Source of the DNA: Octopus sinensis
Taxonomy: Eukaryota
Length of the DNA stretch: 64,000 nucleotides
Reading direction: 5' to 3'
NCBI RefSeq assembly: GCF_006345805.1
Contig: NC_043001.1
Span: 70,060,001 to 70,124,000, forward strand
The notes under the pieces are model-generated. The model worked only from the letters and a program-made list of their open reading frames with translations, was not told the origin of the DNA and ran no database searches. Numbering within the stretch: position 1 is the first letter of the stretch; each line of letters starts with the position of its first letter. Position numbers and translations under genes: made by a program. Positions 1-12,969 of the stretch are shown here, piece by piece.

Positions 1-456
1 GTACATAAGATATGCATCAGTCACCCACAAACCTGGCTCTAGAAACAACACTCTAAACGTAACATCTATCAAATTCATAATATTTTGCCATAAATGGAGA
101 AGCAGAAATAAAGAATTATACGTTATCTGCAAAAATTATTGCTAAACTACTTTGAAATGGAGCGCACTCTACCGTTTTTAAGATGCAGAAGCATATTATA
201 TACACAAATCACTGTATCTCTGGATTTAATCAAATAGATTGATTTATATATTCTATATATGAGCAGTCAGGATTGATATATGGAAAAGCAAGAAAATTAA
301 TACTTTATATATGTAATTACATTGTAAGAAATCATTTTCATCTTTACAAATGCTATCTTCTTACTGCTTGGTTCAGGGTAAGTATGAATATGTAATTGTT
401 TTGTGAAATTGTATTTACGTATATTTTGTGAGTATGTATTCATATATGTATAAATA

Positions 457-1381
457 CGAGGGGAAGTCAAAAATTATCCGCACTTTCGCCATAACATAGC
501 ACATTGGCTTCTGCGCATGCGCACTTATAGTCGGTACTGTTGTGGTCATATGATCGAAGTTTGAGCCTGATTACGCCATTTTTCTTCCAGTGAGGGTAAT
601 GGTGAACCAGTGAGCTATCATGGCTCTGCCTATCAAACCATCCACGATGAGTTCCGCTTCCATAGACTCTGTGCAAGACAGGTGCCAAGAGATCTTACTG
701 CATAGCAAAAGCGCAAACGTCACGAGATCTGCCAACGTTTATTCGATCGCTACAACAATGAGGCGGAGTAACTTTTGAGCAGAATAGTCACTGGAGATGA
801 AACGTGGGTGTATCGTTATGAGGCAAAATCCGAAAGACAGAGTATGGTGTATAAACATCATGGCTCGCCAGCGCGAAGAAATTCAAGACTCAGTCTTCTG
901 CGAGAAAGGAGAAGCTAACTCTTTTTTGGAGATTCAAAACGGCCATACTAAAGACTCCCTGGAAAAAAGGTACGATCAACAGTGCAAGATACAGCACATT
1001 GCTACTGGCCAACAAAAAGAAGCGAGCAATTCACACCATATGCTAAAACCTATTGTGGAAAAACGTTTTGTTGTTGTACGACAACGCACGCTCACACACG
1101 GCCACCCAGACCATTGAAAACATTAACCAATTGTGCTAAAAGCACCCGATGTATTTCAGAACATGGCACATCACTGATCTTTCTTCTTCTTTGGTACAAA
1201 ATGCGAGTGAATCGGCCATGCTGACACTGAAAAGCGAGATAGAAAAAATGCTCCGATGAGGCTCAACCTTCGAAAACGTGACCACAATAGTATCAACTAT
1301 AAGCACGTATGAGGAGAAGGCAGTGTGACAATAATAAATGCATGTTATTGAGAAAGTGCGGATAATTTTTGACTTCCCCTC
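457..1381 (+). mobile_element. Mariner (Tc1/mariner) transposon, decayed and 5'-internally deleted
   Basis: 30-bp perfect TIRs GAGGGGAAGTCAAAAATTATCCGCACTTTC at 458-487 and 1352-1381 (reverse complement), with TA at 455-456. The + strand translates to HGSAYQTIHDEFRFHRLCARQVPRDLT (WVPxEL-like), RIVTGDETWVYRY (781-820) and LLYDNARSH (~1070-1097), with stops and frameshifts. Confidence 0.92.
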
Positions 1382-1963
1382 CGGTCATGCAAAATTAATA
1401 TTCGGTGGCCCTCTTTTCACTTTAAATAGACTCTTTGTTATGGTTTTGTATCGCAAATAAAATCACAGTTAGGACGATGGTATGCAAGACATAGTTCTAT
1501 AGAGTTTTGCCCGACATTGATTTGTCCACATCTCTAATTCATGCAAATGATTTTCACTTTGCCCTTACACTGCATGATATTTCGTCATTCATGTCACAAT
1601 TTATATTTACTATGTTTCCCAAACTAACATACTATTTTCTCCCCTCAAATTCATCACTTAGAATCATTTGTAATCTGCTATCGAGTGTCATCTAATACAA
1701 TGCCAAATAAAATATTTATAATCAGATAATCATTCAAATAAAGTATTTGTGAAAAATAATTTACTAATGAGAAAAAAAATGAGATCATGAAAGATATATA
1801 TAAAATTAATCATAGTCTTATCAATAACAGCTGTAAATTCGTCTAGAAATGATAAAAAAATAATACAATTATAGAGCATTTTGCCAAAAATATTCAGTAA
1901 CTCAAACGCCAAAGATTGTAATCTGACCTATTCAGATATACTTGTAATTAATCTAGTTGTATA

Positions 1964-1964
<1 letters not shown>

Positions 1965-1998
<34 letters not shown>

Positions 1999-2036
1999 CG
2001 TGTGTGTGTGTGTGTGTGTAAATAACTATATATATA

Positions 2037-2070
<34 letters not shown>

Positions 2071-2079
2071 CTATATATA

Positions 2080-2150
<71 letters not shown>
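1965..2150. repeat. (TA)n/(TG)n microsatellite, representative of dozens of (TA)n tracts in the window
   Basis: Direct inspection; source of the IYIY/CVCV pseudo-ORFs. Confidence 0.98.
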
Positions 2151-2152
<2 letters not shown>

Positions 2153-2156
2153 AAGT

Positions 2157-2352
2157 TAATCCAAACATGAAAACGCAAAGAGAAAACAACAACGCGAGGA
2201 CGTGGAACAAATATACTATTATTGGACGCTCAGCAGGGAAGGGAAGAAGGAGGGTCTAACGTTCTGAGCGGAGCTCTTCGTCAGAAACACACGAAAAGGA
2301 ACGATCCAGAGAAGGGAAGACGGAGGAAAAAAAGTCGCCAACGTTACACACG
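2157..2352 (-). mobile_element. Dispersed ~195-bp repeat, probable Penelope-like pLTR fragment with decayed hammerhead core
   Basis: Reverse-complement homolog of 51173-51356. Minus strand reads GTTT-CTGACGA-AGAGCTCCGCTC-AGAA-CGTTA (GAAA mutated). Confidence 0.6.
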
Positions 2353-2834
2353 TTTATTTTGTGACTATAATTTTCCCCAGTTTATCATTTTTATATATAT
2401 TGATAGTTATAAGTTACGATAGATATTAATTATTATTTCTATTTATTTAGTCTTTTTTGTTATAAAGGGATCTAACGTATTACATTTAATTTAATTTGAG
2501 AATTAATTTTGTTAGACAATATATTATTTGATTATTGGGTGGTATATTTATTAAAAAGTATTAAACTTAAGATAATTAGGTATTATACTAATTGATATTT
2601 AGTCAACTATATTATAGAGTAATATATAAAATCTATAGATACTAAACATATATATTAATTATATATATTAATTATATAGTTAGCTTATTTAATGAGTTTG
2701 TCTACATTTGAACGATTTCTTATTTTGATTACATTATTAATGGCTTGTACTAGCATTGTGTAGATTAATTAATTTTAAAGTATTGAATAATATCAGTATT
2801 GTTTCTAGTTTTCTCTTAATGTATATTAGTATCT

Positions 2835-2920
<86 letters not shown>

Positions 2921-2982
2921 ATGCAATACGAGAGTATTGCTTTCCAGTAAAGAATAGCCCGTAAGGGAAAATTATACATAGA

Positions 2983-3235
2983 AGTAAATATATGGCACAA
3001 CGAAGTACCGATATTTAATGGAAAATAGCGAACGTAATAATACGACGCTAATGTATAGCTTCACCGCGTATGTACTAGCAAAAATGTTCTCCCTGGAAGT
3101 AAGACAATTTTTTTCAAGTTTGTTGCACACGCGCATTTTTGCTAGTACATACACGGTGAAGCTATACATTAGCGTCGTATTATTACGTTCGCTATTTTCC
3201 AGTAAATATCGGTACTTCGTTGTGCCATATATTTA

Positions 3236-3237
<2 letters not shown>
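2983..3237. repeat. Foldback inverted repeat, 104-bp arms, 47-nt spacer (MITE-like)
   Basis: 2983-3086 is the reverse complement of 3134-3237 with 2 mismatches. Mirrored ORFs on both strands (MYSFTAYVLAKM / MYSFTVYVLAKM). Confidence 0.95.
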
Positions 3238-3287
<50 letters not shown>

Positions 3288-3449
3288 ATAATATATATAT
3301 ATAAATGTATATTTATTAATTAATTATCTTATTATTCTAGTTTATTTTTATCCTGATGAGTGGATATATTTATATCGATGGGATTTTACTACTACTATTA
3401 ATACATCTATCGTACAATGCTGTACAATATAAGGCTTGGTTCTTTCAAC

Positions 3450-4480
3450 ATGAAGTAATTGCCGGTTTCATATCGCTCATCAAACTGAGAGTTGAAAGAG
3501 ATAAATTGATCCGGGGCAAAAATATTGCTAGGGGAGATAATTGTTCGCTCATATTTTTGCAGTAAAGGGGAGATAAATCTCTGTTTTGTTTTTGATCGCC
3601 TTTGTCTTTTCAGTTTTATTCTGGGTTACATCTTCCATTAGATGAGTTAAGTCCTTTATTTTTAATATGGGTTCATATTTAATTCTGGTTTATATTTTTT
3701 GGATAAATGAGGTTTCTTTATTCAGTCTTTCTCGTGTTGAGGTCCCGAATGCAAGTTGATAAAATGGGAAAATTTCGAATTGTGTTTGTAATCGTTCTGC
3801 ACATTCGTCAATGTGTTGATTGAGGTTTATTTGGCGAAATTGTGGGGAGGCAATTTCTTGTTTGTGGGCCATACATCTCTTTAGGAACGAATTTCCTGTT
3901 GAGCCAGTATAATTTCGATGGCAGCCCGAGCATCTGTATACGTAAGTGAGGTTTCGGGAGGCGCAAGTGAAGTTAAACTTGATTTTGAATATTTCTCCAT
4001 GTCTGTAACGGAATTCCGCCTTAATTGCGGATATATTCCGCAATTAAGGCGACCACATTTTACGACTCTTGCATCAGTTTTTCAAGAGACTAGTCTGACA
4101 TTAGTGAGAATTTTCTTCAAGGTCTTAGGCAGTCTGTTACTGTTAATGATTTTATTGTTACGTAGAATCTCCTTATGGTTGAGGTCCCTATGAAGTATTG
4201 GAACATTATGGACAATAATATTGAATGCTTTTTTGATTTTAGTGTTTTATGTGGAGATATAATTTAGTACTTTGAAGGTAGATGTGTTGTTGTATTTGGC
4301 TTTTCTTAATGTTTTAATATTGATTGATGATGTACTTTTAATTCTATCATTTATGAAGTTAGTTGGGTAGTGCATGTCCTGGAGTACATTTTTAAGCTAT
4401 TGCAATCTTAGCTTTCTGGTAGTTTTTTTAAACAATAGAAACACCATTGATTGACTCTAAAAGAGCTTATTAATGTGAAG
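3450..4480 (-). mobile_element. Penelope-like retroelement 3' remnant (GIY-YIG endonuclease)
   Basis: ORF 3690-4043 has FNFTCASRNLTYVYRCSGCHRNYTGST...HKQEI...HIDEC, preceded by VVKCGRLNCG. Closely parallels the GIY-YIG ORF at 15302-15763. Confidence 0.85.
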
Positions 4481-4756
4481 TGAAATTCGAAAACTTATGT
4501 TTAATGCAATAACAGATAAGTATTAGAGCAAACTTGAAATGGATGTGTTTGTCAGCGTAGAGGCAGTGATACAGAGTTAAGATTATCAAAAAGTTAGCAA
4601 ACTGACCCTGTGATATATTGATGTGTATATATATATATATATTTTTATAATTATATATATATTTATAAGTTTTATACTTATATGTACGTGTAGATATGTA
4701 TAATCATATATATGCGCACACACACAAATACACACACACTCACACAAACATACACG

Positions 4757-4796
<40 letters not shown>

Positions 4797-4899
4797 CGAC
4801 AGGTCCCTCCAGTTTCCCTCAACGAAATCCACTGACACTGTGCTACGCATAGGACTGAAGCCGGAATATATATATACACACACACACATATATATATGT

Positions 4900-4954
<55 letters not shown>

Positions 4955-5141
4955 AAGTGAGAGTCTCCTTATTTACCTAAATTCTATTATTCTATTTATT
5001 CTTTTATCTACTTTATCACTGATTCCTTTGTCCACTCCCCTAAGAATGATAGTTTGCGCCATGCCTACCCCAAAAAGTCCCCCACCACCACCCCTTTAAA
5101 CCTGTCTAAATGTATAAATGCCAAAACTATTCTTGTCACCT

Positions 5142-5184
5142 AGCTTCCTGATGATTTCTTTTGAATGAAACAGTTCTAGAAGCT
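5142..5184 (+). ncRNA. Type I minimal hammerhead ribozyme motif, partly decayed
   Basis: AGCTTC / CTGATGA / TTTC-TTTT-GAAT / GAAA / C-AGTT-CTA / GAAGCT. 6-bp helix I and intact core; mismatches at the base of helix II and in helix III. Confidence 0.55.
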
Positions 5185-6329
5185 CCTTCTATAAAATAAA
5201 ATAAAATATATATATATATATATATATATTTGTTGAAATGGAAAGATGAATTATCTTGTTACGGATTATTGTCTCGCACCTAAAAAATACACCCTGAATT
5301 CTTAAAATATTCAGAACATTAACTTTGGTCACACAGAACATCTCCACACCCCTTGTTCTCATTAATTCCTCACCTACTAGATTTGACCGCGGCCTGACCT
5401 GGATTTATTCCAACGGACCTTTTGTCGGCCCCCACCAACCCCCCGAGTTCAACGTACATTGATAAACATTTTACCCATGGGCTCTTAAGGAGCATCCTCG
5501 TTCGAATTGCTTTGCTGCGCCTTTGTTTTGCTTTGTTCTGACAACGTAATTCCTGTTTTTACCTGAAGAGAAAGCTGCAATATGGTATCCTAATTTAATC
5601 AGAATTTGGAAAATTGTGGCCTTTGAAACATGTGTAGAATGTAATAAAAGGAATTCTGTACAATATTCGTTCAACTCCATTTCTACCATTCACTAATTAT
5701 ATATATATATATATAATATATATATATATACATTCATACCTACATACATACTCATACACACCATTAAACACACATACAAAACAGTCTAGATGAGTATAAA
5801 CCTGTTTCCCTACTTTTGCACCGTACACATGTACCAAATCTCATCATAATTTCCTCATATAATAGACTGTTGTTCATCTTTAGTATTATGTTCCTATGCA
5901 GAATAATTAAAATTGTTATATCTTCTTTGCTCCCTAAACAATTTCTATTTTATCTATATGCATTGTAGCTAAAGAAATAAAATTACATTTTAAATTCAAT
6001 ATTTACTATGCCACTTGCAAGTCATAATTCTATAACGCTATTAACTGATACATTCACAAATGGTTTTCTATAACGATATATATATACATTCCATCATTTG
6101 AACAAATACTTCGTATGACATACTTTCATACATAGACGCAGGCGCATACATACAAATATACTCATATTTATATAGACGTGCATATTTAATATATTAACAA
6201 GATATATATGTGTGTTTATACGTACATATATATACATAGATAATTATATACACACACACTCACACATATATATATATGTATATATGTGTATATTCATGTG
6301 TGAGTGTGTATGTGTGTATGTGCGTTTAT

Positions 6330-7150
6330 GTTCAATTATCATTAAAACAATTTTTCATTAATATTATGGGTTACTCTGAACTTTTGTAGATACAAATTTA
6401 TTATACTTAAACAAGAATATTTTTGATAGTAACTTCGATTTTCCCAACGGCTAAGCCATCATCGGATTGCGATGTACTGAAGTTAATTGTAACTTTATAT
6501 ATTGTCAGTTCAGTTCAAATCTTCTTTTCGGCGTGTGTATTCTGGGGCAACTCTTAGCAGCATGGATTGTGATGGAGACGTGTTTTGAGGAAATGTTTAT
6601 TGCTTAAATTTGGTTATCCTATTGTTGGGAACTTATTCATGTACATATCCCTGTAAGTAGATCTGTATTTAAGTGAGGGCACTTCAGATCATGGAATAAT
6701 CTTTTTAGTCGTTCACCAAAAGAATGTGGGAAGGTTTTTGCTGTTTGGGATTTTATTGGATATAAGCATCTGCATTCACAATCTAATGGTCAAAGTTTAG
6801 TCCAGTATTAAAAAAAAAGAAACATTAGATGTGCCAACTATTTGTAAGAGTTCACAAAATAATATAAGTATTATTTAGCGGCTAAACGTAAGTACGATAT
6901 CGCGGGTAAATTTAAGTATGATTTAGCGGGTAAATTCACTTACTCGTTATTATTTCGTGTATATACCGTTTGTATTTGGAAGGTGGTGTTTATTAGTCGG
7001 GCATGTTAAGGTGGTGTTAGTATAGAATTTGGTTTTTCTTGTGCTTCGGTGTTAACAAGAGGATGTAGGTAGTTGTAAGGATTGGTACTCTATATATTGG
7101 TCTCTCTAGGTGTTCATTATTCGATGAGAAATTTCATTAATATGTGGAAA
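6330..7150 (-). mobile_element. Possible heavily decayed Penelope-like remnant
   Basis: Strand-skewed composition and weak KHF.../KSCP fragments on the minus strand; no intact motif. Confidence 0.3.
6866..6937. repeat. 24-bp tandem repeat x3
   Basis: aagtattatttagcggctaaacgt / aagtacgatatcgcgggtaaattt / aagtatgatttagcgggtaaattc. Confidence 0.85.
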
Positions 7151-7290
7151 TTTTAACCAGAATTTGTGTTAGTATGGTTGTGAGTGTGGGAGTGTTTTTC
7201 AGTTGAAGCTAAACATAATATTTTTACATTCGGATGTCCATATATGTTTGGATAATGAAATATCATTGATCCTGGTTCGGTTAGGAAATA

Positions 7291-7340
<50 letters not shown>

Positions 7341-7465
7341 GATTGTATTGTTTCACGAACTGGTTTGCTGAAAATGCTATATATGTACATTTGCAAGATG
7401 GTGTCGTGTTTACCGGTTCTCTATATGCGAATTGAAATCACTACCTTACGTTCATGAGAGCAACC

Positions 7466-7703
7466 TATTTCTTTTTCTTTACTACCCACAAGGGGCTAAA
7501 CACAGAGAGGACAAACAAGGACAGACAAACGGATCAAGTCGATTACATCGACCCCAGTGCGTAACTGGTACTTAATTTATCGACCCCGAAAGGATGAAAG
7601 GCAAAGTCGACCTCGGCAGAATTTGAACTCAGAACGTAATGGCAGACAAAATACGGCTACGCATTTCGCCCGGTGTGCTAACGTTTCTGCCAGCTCACCG
7701 CCT
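7466..7703 (-). mobile_element. tRNA-derived SINE, family A, full length with target-site duplication
   Basis: Minus strand begins AGGCGGTGAGCTGGCAGAAACGTTAGC (A-box-like) and contains GAGTTCAAATTC (B-box-like). 15-bp TSD TTCATGAGAGCAACC at 7451-7465 and 7704-7718. Confidence 0.93.
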
Positions 7704-7864
7704 TTCATGAGAGCAACCACTTAACCGCTAGGTCATGTACCTGCACACATACAGAAATGCCCACACGCATACATATACATACTTGAGTGTGTGTGTGTGT
7801 ATATCTTATATATTGATATTCACACCAATCAACCTGCATATGCATATCACGCCAGTTAGCTAAA

Positions 7865-7868
7865 TAGA

Positions 7869-7908
<40 letters not shown>

Positions 7909-7927
7909 TAGATAGATACATAGATAC

Positions 7928-8003
<76 letters not shown>

Positions 8004-8062
8004 ACAGACCGACAGACAGACGGACGGTCGGACGGTCGGACGGACGGACAGACAGACAGATG
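7865..8062. repeat. (GATA)n/(GACA)n/(GACG)n compound microsatellite
   Basis: Direct inspection. Confidence 0.97.
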
Positions 8063-9065
8063 GATATCATTTTCTGCTTTACTGCTTTGTCGCAACATAT
8101 CTCAGATTATATTGGTGTGTGCGTGTAAAAGTGTGCACACGCGTGAAAAACACAACTTTAAACATTACCGTTTATATGCATATCACGTCACAATTTTGCC
8201 AAAAAGTTGAATTTCGAGCAGATTTACCTGAAAGATAAATGAAAAAACTTTAATTAGTATCATATACAAATCAAACAGTAAAAAAACTATTTCACTTAGG
8301 ATTTCTTGAAAAATGTTGATTGATATTTTGTATTTTATCTTCTAAAACGAATGGAACATTGATAGACGATACATACTCCCTTTTTCATTTTTAACCTTTA
8401 GCAGTGTATTTATTTTTTCTTAAAAGCTTATTCCAGAAATTTCACCTAAATATATTTACATATATAGATTTTTCAAATATTTATTTTTCTATTTTTACAA
8501 AATAAAATTATCGGTGAAAATTATATTATGTGTATAAAACATTGAGGGTATTAGTAAATTGAGACATGATCTCATTCCTATAATTATTTAAGGATCCGGA
8601 AAATATTTCCCTTTCCCACCTATATTTCAAAAGCTGCGAAACTATGTTCATATATTTAGAAGAGCTTTCTTTCTATGGCATAACTTAAATGCCACAAACT
8701 TTCAATGGACTATGTAGAAAGAAAATATATATTAGCAAACACCTCAAGCTGTCACGTCATCGACCTTATCTGAATCGCCAATTTTACCGAATGAGTATAT
8801 ATGTGTATACATGATATATGTATACATGAATATGTATATATGTTTATATCTACATACACACACACACACGCACACACACACACACACATGCACACGCACA
8901 CACACACATATATATATTTATGAAGATTTGGCGAAAAGACACTTGACAATAAATCAAAACCATTCAATTCCAAGATATATTTATGTTTATCAACTGAATG
9001 AATTTAATAAAAGCATCTAAATATGAAACATCATGAAAATTATTCAAACTGAAGTCTTTCTTGAG

Positions 9066-9225
9066 CGATGCTGGTGTGTTTACGTACCTGCAACCTAGCA
9101 GTTTGGCAGAAGGGAACGATTGAATGAGCAACAGATTACAAAGAATAAGTCCACGAGTCGATTTCTTCGACAATAAGGCGGTGTTCCAGCGTAGCCACAA
9201 TCAAATGATTGAAACAAGTAAAAGA

Positions 9226-9303
<78 letters not shown>
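9066..9303 (+). mobile_element. SINE family B, 3' half, followed by (TAGA)n
   Basis: GATGCTGGTGTGTTTACGT...AAGAATAAGTCC...CAAATGATTGAAACAAGTAAAAG matches the 3' half of copies at 35646-36034 and 56582-56990; (TAGA)n at 9231-9303. Confidence 0.85.
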
Positions 9304-9304
<1 letters not shown>

Positions 9305-10986
9305 TCACAAAATATCCTTCGAAATAAAAAATAAGCACAATTCTAGGTCTGTTATACGTTATAACCATCGTAATCATAACTAGTTAAGTATAATCTTTGT
9401 AGGCTGTGATTTAATTTGACGTACGAAAATTATTTTAACATCATTATCGTTTACTTTAAACTGCAGAGAATAAAAACGAAAGCCAGACATAAAGAAAATA
9501 TATGAGTGGAAGAAACACTGGTCGGTACCGACTACAATGTCTTTATAAAAAGTACAGCGCGATCACAACTGAATCAGAGTTAAACTTAAACAACAGAATT
9601 AATAATTTCAAAGCTTTGTGTGCCAAGCATGTAAAAATACATGGCAGAATATTTTCCTGTTGTAAATGACAAATGAATATTCCGGCTCTTCTTGCTGAAC
9701 AACTAGCACAGATTCGTTTATATTACTGTATATTAGTTCACTCCCTCCATGAAATCGTTATTGTTTGTAGAGGTGCACAGTGTACCATATGTCAGTTGTG
9801 AGAGAGATCACAGAGCAACGTGAAATGAAGAGCTTCGCGCAAGAAGATATGGGAGCGCTCGGTCCGGGAAACGAAACCACGATCTAACAGTTGTGAATGC
9901 AACGCCCCCTAAACGCAAAGCTACGCATCTTTAGTAAAAGACGCATACAGTACTTTGTAGTATTATGCAAATTTGAAGAGTCTACTTACACCTGTCCATT
10001 CATGATGACAGTCTCTCGTAGTCCTAAGAAAACGCTTCTGCAATATCTTGCTGAACAAACTGCACAAATGATTTGCAGTTGCTTATACTGATGAAATATA
10101 CGCGCTGTACATTAGTACCTTCTCTCCATTAAATGAACTCTATCTGAACAGTTGTCGAACTGATCGTAGGGAGGCATGCGCTGAAGTATTTTGCTCAAGA
10201 TCAAAATGCATTACCTTATGCAGAAATAAAAACCACCTTCTCGCGAACGTGAGTGCAACACACAAAACATTAGACCACGAATCATTATTGATAGAATCAT
10301 ACAAACAATTAATTAAATTCAATGTGGTATCATACAAATATGATGTGTATTCTTACAATTACCCCTTTATAGAAAGATGCATGCCTATGTACACATATAC
10401 AGGGACACACGCGCGCACACAAACTCACAGAGATTGCGTACTTTCAATTTATTTCTATGATGCAAAAAAATTGATTTGAACAAGCCAAGTGGTTAACTCG
10501 TAGCCGTGACAGTTCGAATAAACGTTAGCAATGTATTCCTTTGACGGTATAACTCACTTAAATCCACATCTAAATACACCGAACGCACAAAAAGCAAACA
10601 CGCACACACGCACATACACAAGCACACACACTTCACACGCATACACACAAACACAAGAATGGACCATGGTTGGTGAAGCATGATTGGTATTTTACCAATT
10701 TACATAACAATTATAGATACTAAATAAATGATACCCCACACGTTTATCATATAGCGTTAAAGATAAAATATAAAGAGAATTTACTCCAAAAAAGTCGACA
10801 TTCCTTTGAGAATAATCCTGATATCCATCAGATGATAGTTTAAATATGACAGATAAATGCCGTTTAATCATCAATCCTATTGACGTGGCACATGATGTTT
10901 TGATCATTTAATTATCCTTTGATATTTACGTTTTTAAGTGTTTATCTTATTTTCCTTCTCACGTTATCATCGGTGTGATTATCATG

Positions 10987-11040
<54 letters not shown>

Positions 11041-11044
11041 ATCA

Positions 11045-12197
11045 TCTCTCTCTATATAAACGGCATTTTGTCTGTCTGTGTGTCTGTGTGTCTGTCAGGT
11101 TGTACCCTTACCCTGACCACGGCTTTCAACCGATTCTGATGAAACTTGACACACACATAGCCCAATGTCATAATTCAAAACTAAAGCAGGGAAAATTTTG
11201 AAAAGTTCCCCCAGTTCTGAAAAATATCGATAAATTCGACATGGGGTCGAGAATCTAAGCTTTTTCTATGCAACACATTTTCTGTTGTAGTTTTCGCAAC
11301 TTCCAATCGATTTTCACCAAACTCATGGTGATGCTTAATGTTGCCCTAAGAAACGTAATTCTGGCGTTAGTTTTCCATGCAATACCTTACCATCAGAAAA
11401 AATCGATAAAATCATGCCATTTTGGGAAATCGCGTTCAAATTCAAGATGACATATTTTCAACAATATCTTTCACAAATTGGCATGAATTTTTTTTTAAAT
11501 TCACAGCGAGCATCATGTCTGCTCCAAGGAGCTATATGGCCCTTATTATTCCAATAGGATACTTTATTACTGGAAAAAATCGGTTAATTAAATCATAGGT
11601 GGCACACATAGCAAACCAATTTGTGTATTAAACACAAACCACAGACTGTCTAGGGAACGCAACTCGACCTTTTTAACTCTCGGTACACGTGGGGTAAGTA
11701 TCCCAAAATGTATAAAAATGTACAAAAACGGCAAAAAGGCGGGCAGCAATGTGAGTGACAACAACGAAAAAGTCAAAAGTGACCAAACTGAACAAACGAA
11801 TGGAAAAGGTTTTTTGGTGCACACGACAAAAGCGGTTTATAATAAACCAAGAGTTTGCAAGTAGCGTCCGAGGACCCTTAGGGTACGTAAAAAATTTAAG
11901 GTAAAACATTTGGAGTGGTAGTTATAAAGAAAGTTTAAACAAATAAAGTATTCGAATAACTTGCGGCTGCAGCAGCTATTAGCAGAAGTGGGGTAAAGTC
12001 TCGAATGTAATTTCTTCCTGGTACGAATTGGTTGCGTTGAATTATCGATACCTGTTTGATAGTTATTTGGGAGTGAAGAGAAGACATTGCAAACTACACA
12101 TGCGCCTTCGTTCCCTAGAGGGAAAGGACTAGATTGGGATTGGTCGTTGCCTACTAGGGGCTCTTACGTACCCGGGCAACGCCGGGCTATGCTGCTA

Positions 12198-12198
<1 letters not shown>
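11045..12198 (+). mobile_element. Non-autonomous Helitron-like element, apparently complete (~1.15 kb)
   Basis: 5' A|TC start (TCTCTCTCTATATAAACGGC) with (GTCT)n near the 5' end. 3' hairpin CCCGGGCAACGCCGGG (12171-12186), then CTAG (12195-12198) followed by T. No TSD; (ATT)n on both sides. Confidence 0.8.
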
Positions 12199-12254
<56 letters not shown>

Positions 12255-12629
12255 GCCATTGCACATCTTTTAACGTTGGGGATGTACTACAGTATCAGCT
12301 GTTCACTACCAGTGAACTAAGGTAACTAAGGTATTTTTCGAGCAACTTCCGGAGTATTCGAGCGGTTCCAAGCAGAGCTGTTTTCTGCAAGTGCTCCATC
12401 CTTATTGCAGCCCCCATTTGTTACATATACTTCTCAAGATTTTCACTCACTGTTACCATGACTCCGACTGTTATCGTACTACTACCACCTTTTCATCGAC
12501 CACAGCTGCTTAACCTCCCAAGCTAACCTGTCATATATATCGACTTTTCTATATTCCTGATGTGTTGTCTGTTCTGTATTTTATGTAGTTTCGTCTTAGT
12601 GCTTGCTCATGTGCAGCACCGATTAGTCT

Positions 12630-12630
<1 letters not shown>
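12255..12630 (-). mobile_element. RLE-type (R4/Dong-like) LINE 3' fragment with internal deletion
   Basis: Minus strand gives LIGAAHEQALRRNYIKYRTDNT jumping directly to YDRLAWEVKQLWSMK and a decayed C-terminus. (TAA)n at both ends. Confidence 0.8.
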
Positions 12631-12837
<207 letters not shown>

Positions 12838-12919
12838 AATTATAACATGATATTCAATAAAGTTTTCACCGTCAAATTAAAAAAACAACAGGCAAATCGC
12901 AGCACATGAAAATTAACAT

Positions 12920-12969
12920 GTGGCCAACAACATGGTTGTGGCCAACAACATGGTTGTAGCCAACAACAT
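12920..12969. repeat. 18-bp tandem repeat x2.8
   Basis: GTGGCCAACAACATGGTT x2, then GTAGCCAACAACAT. Confidence 0.9.

Noticed and set aside
5471-5689. Minus-strand ORF with HTH-like VSKATIFQILIKLGY (Tc1/IS630-like)
   Set aside because: No DDE motifs or TIRs found; the resemblance is too short to call.
7620-7703. SINE heads as tRNA genes
   Set aside because: A/B-box-like motifs only; embedded in repeated SINE bodies, one with a TSD; no full cloverleaf.
12920-12969. Short tandem arrays (also 6866-6937, 61588-61656) as CRISPR-like arrays
   Set aside because: Repeats are contiguous with no unique spacers, and the context is eukaryotic.
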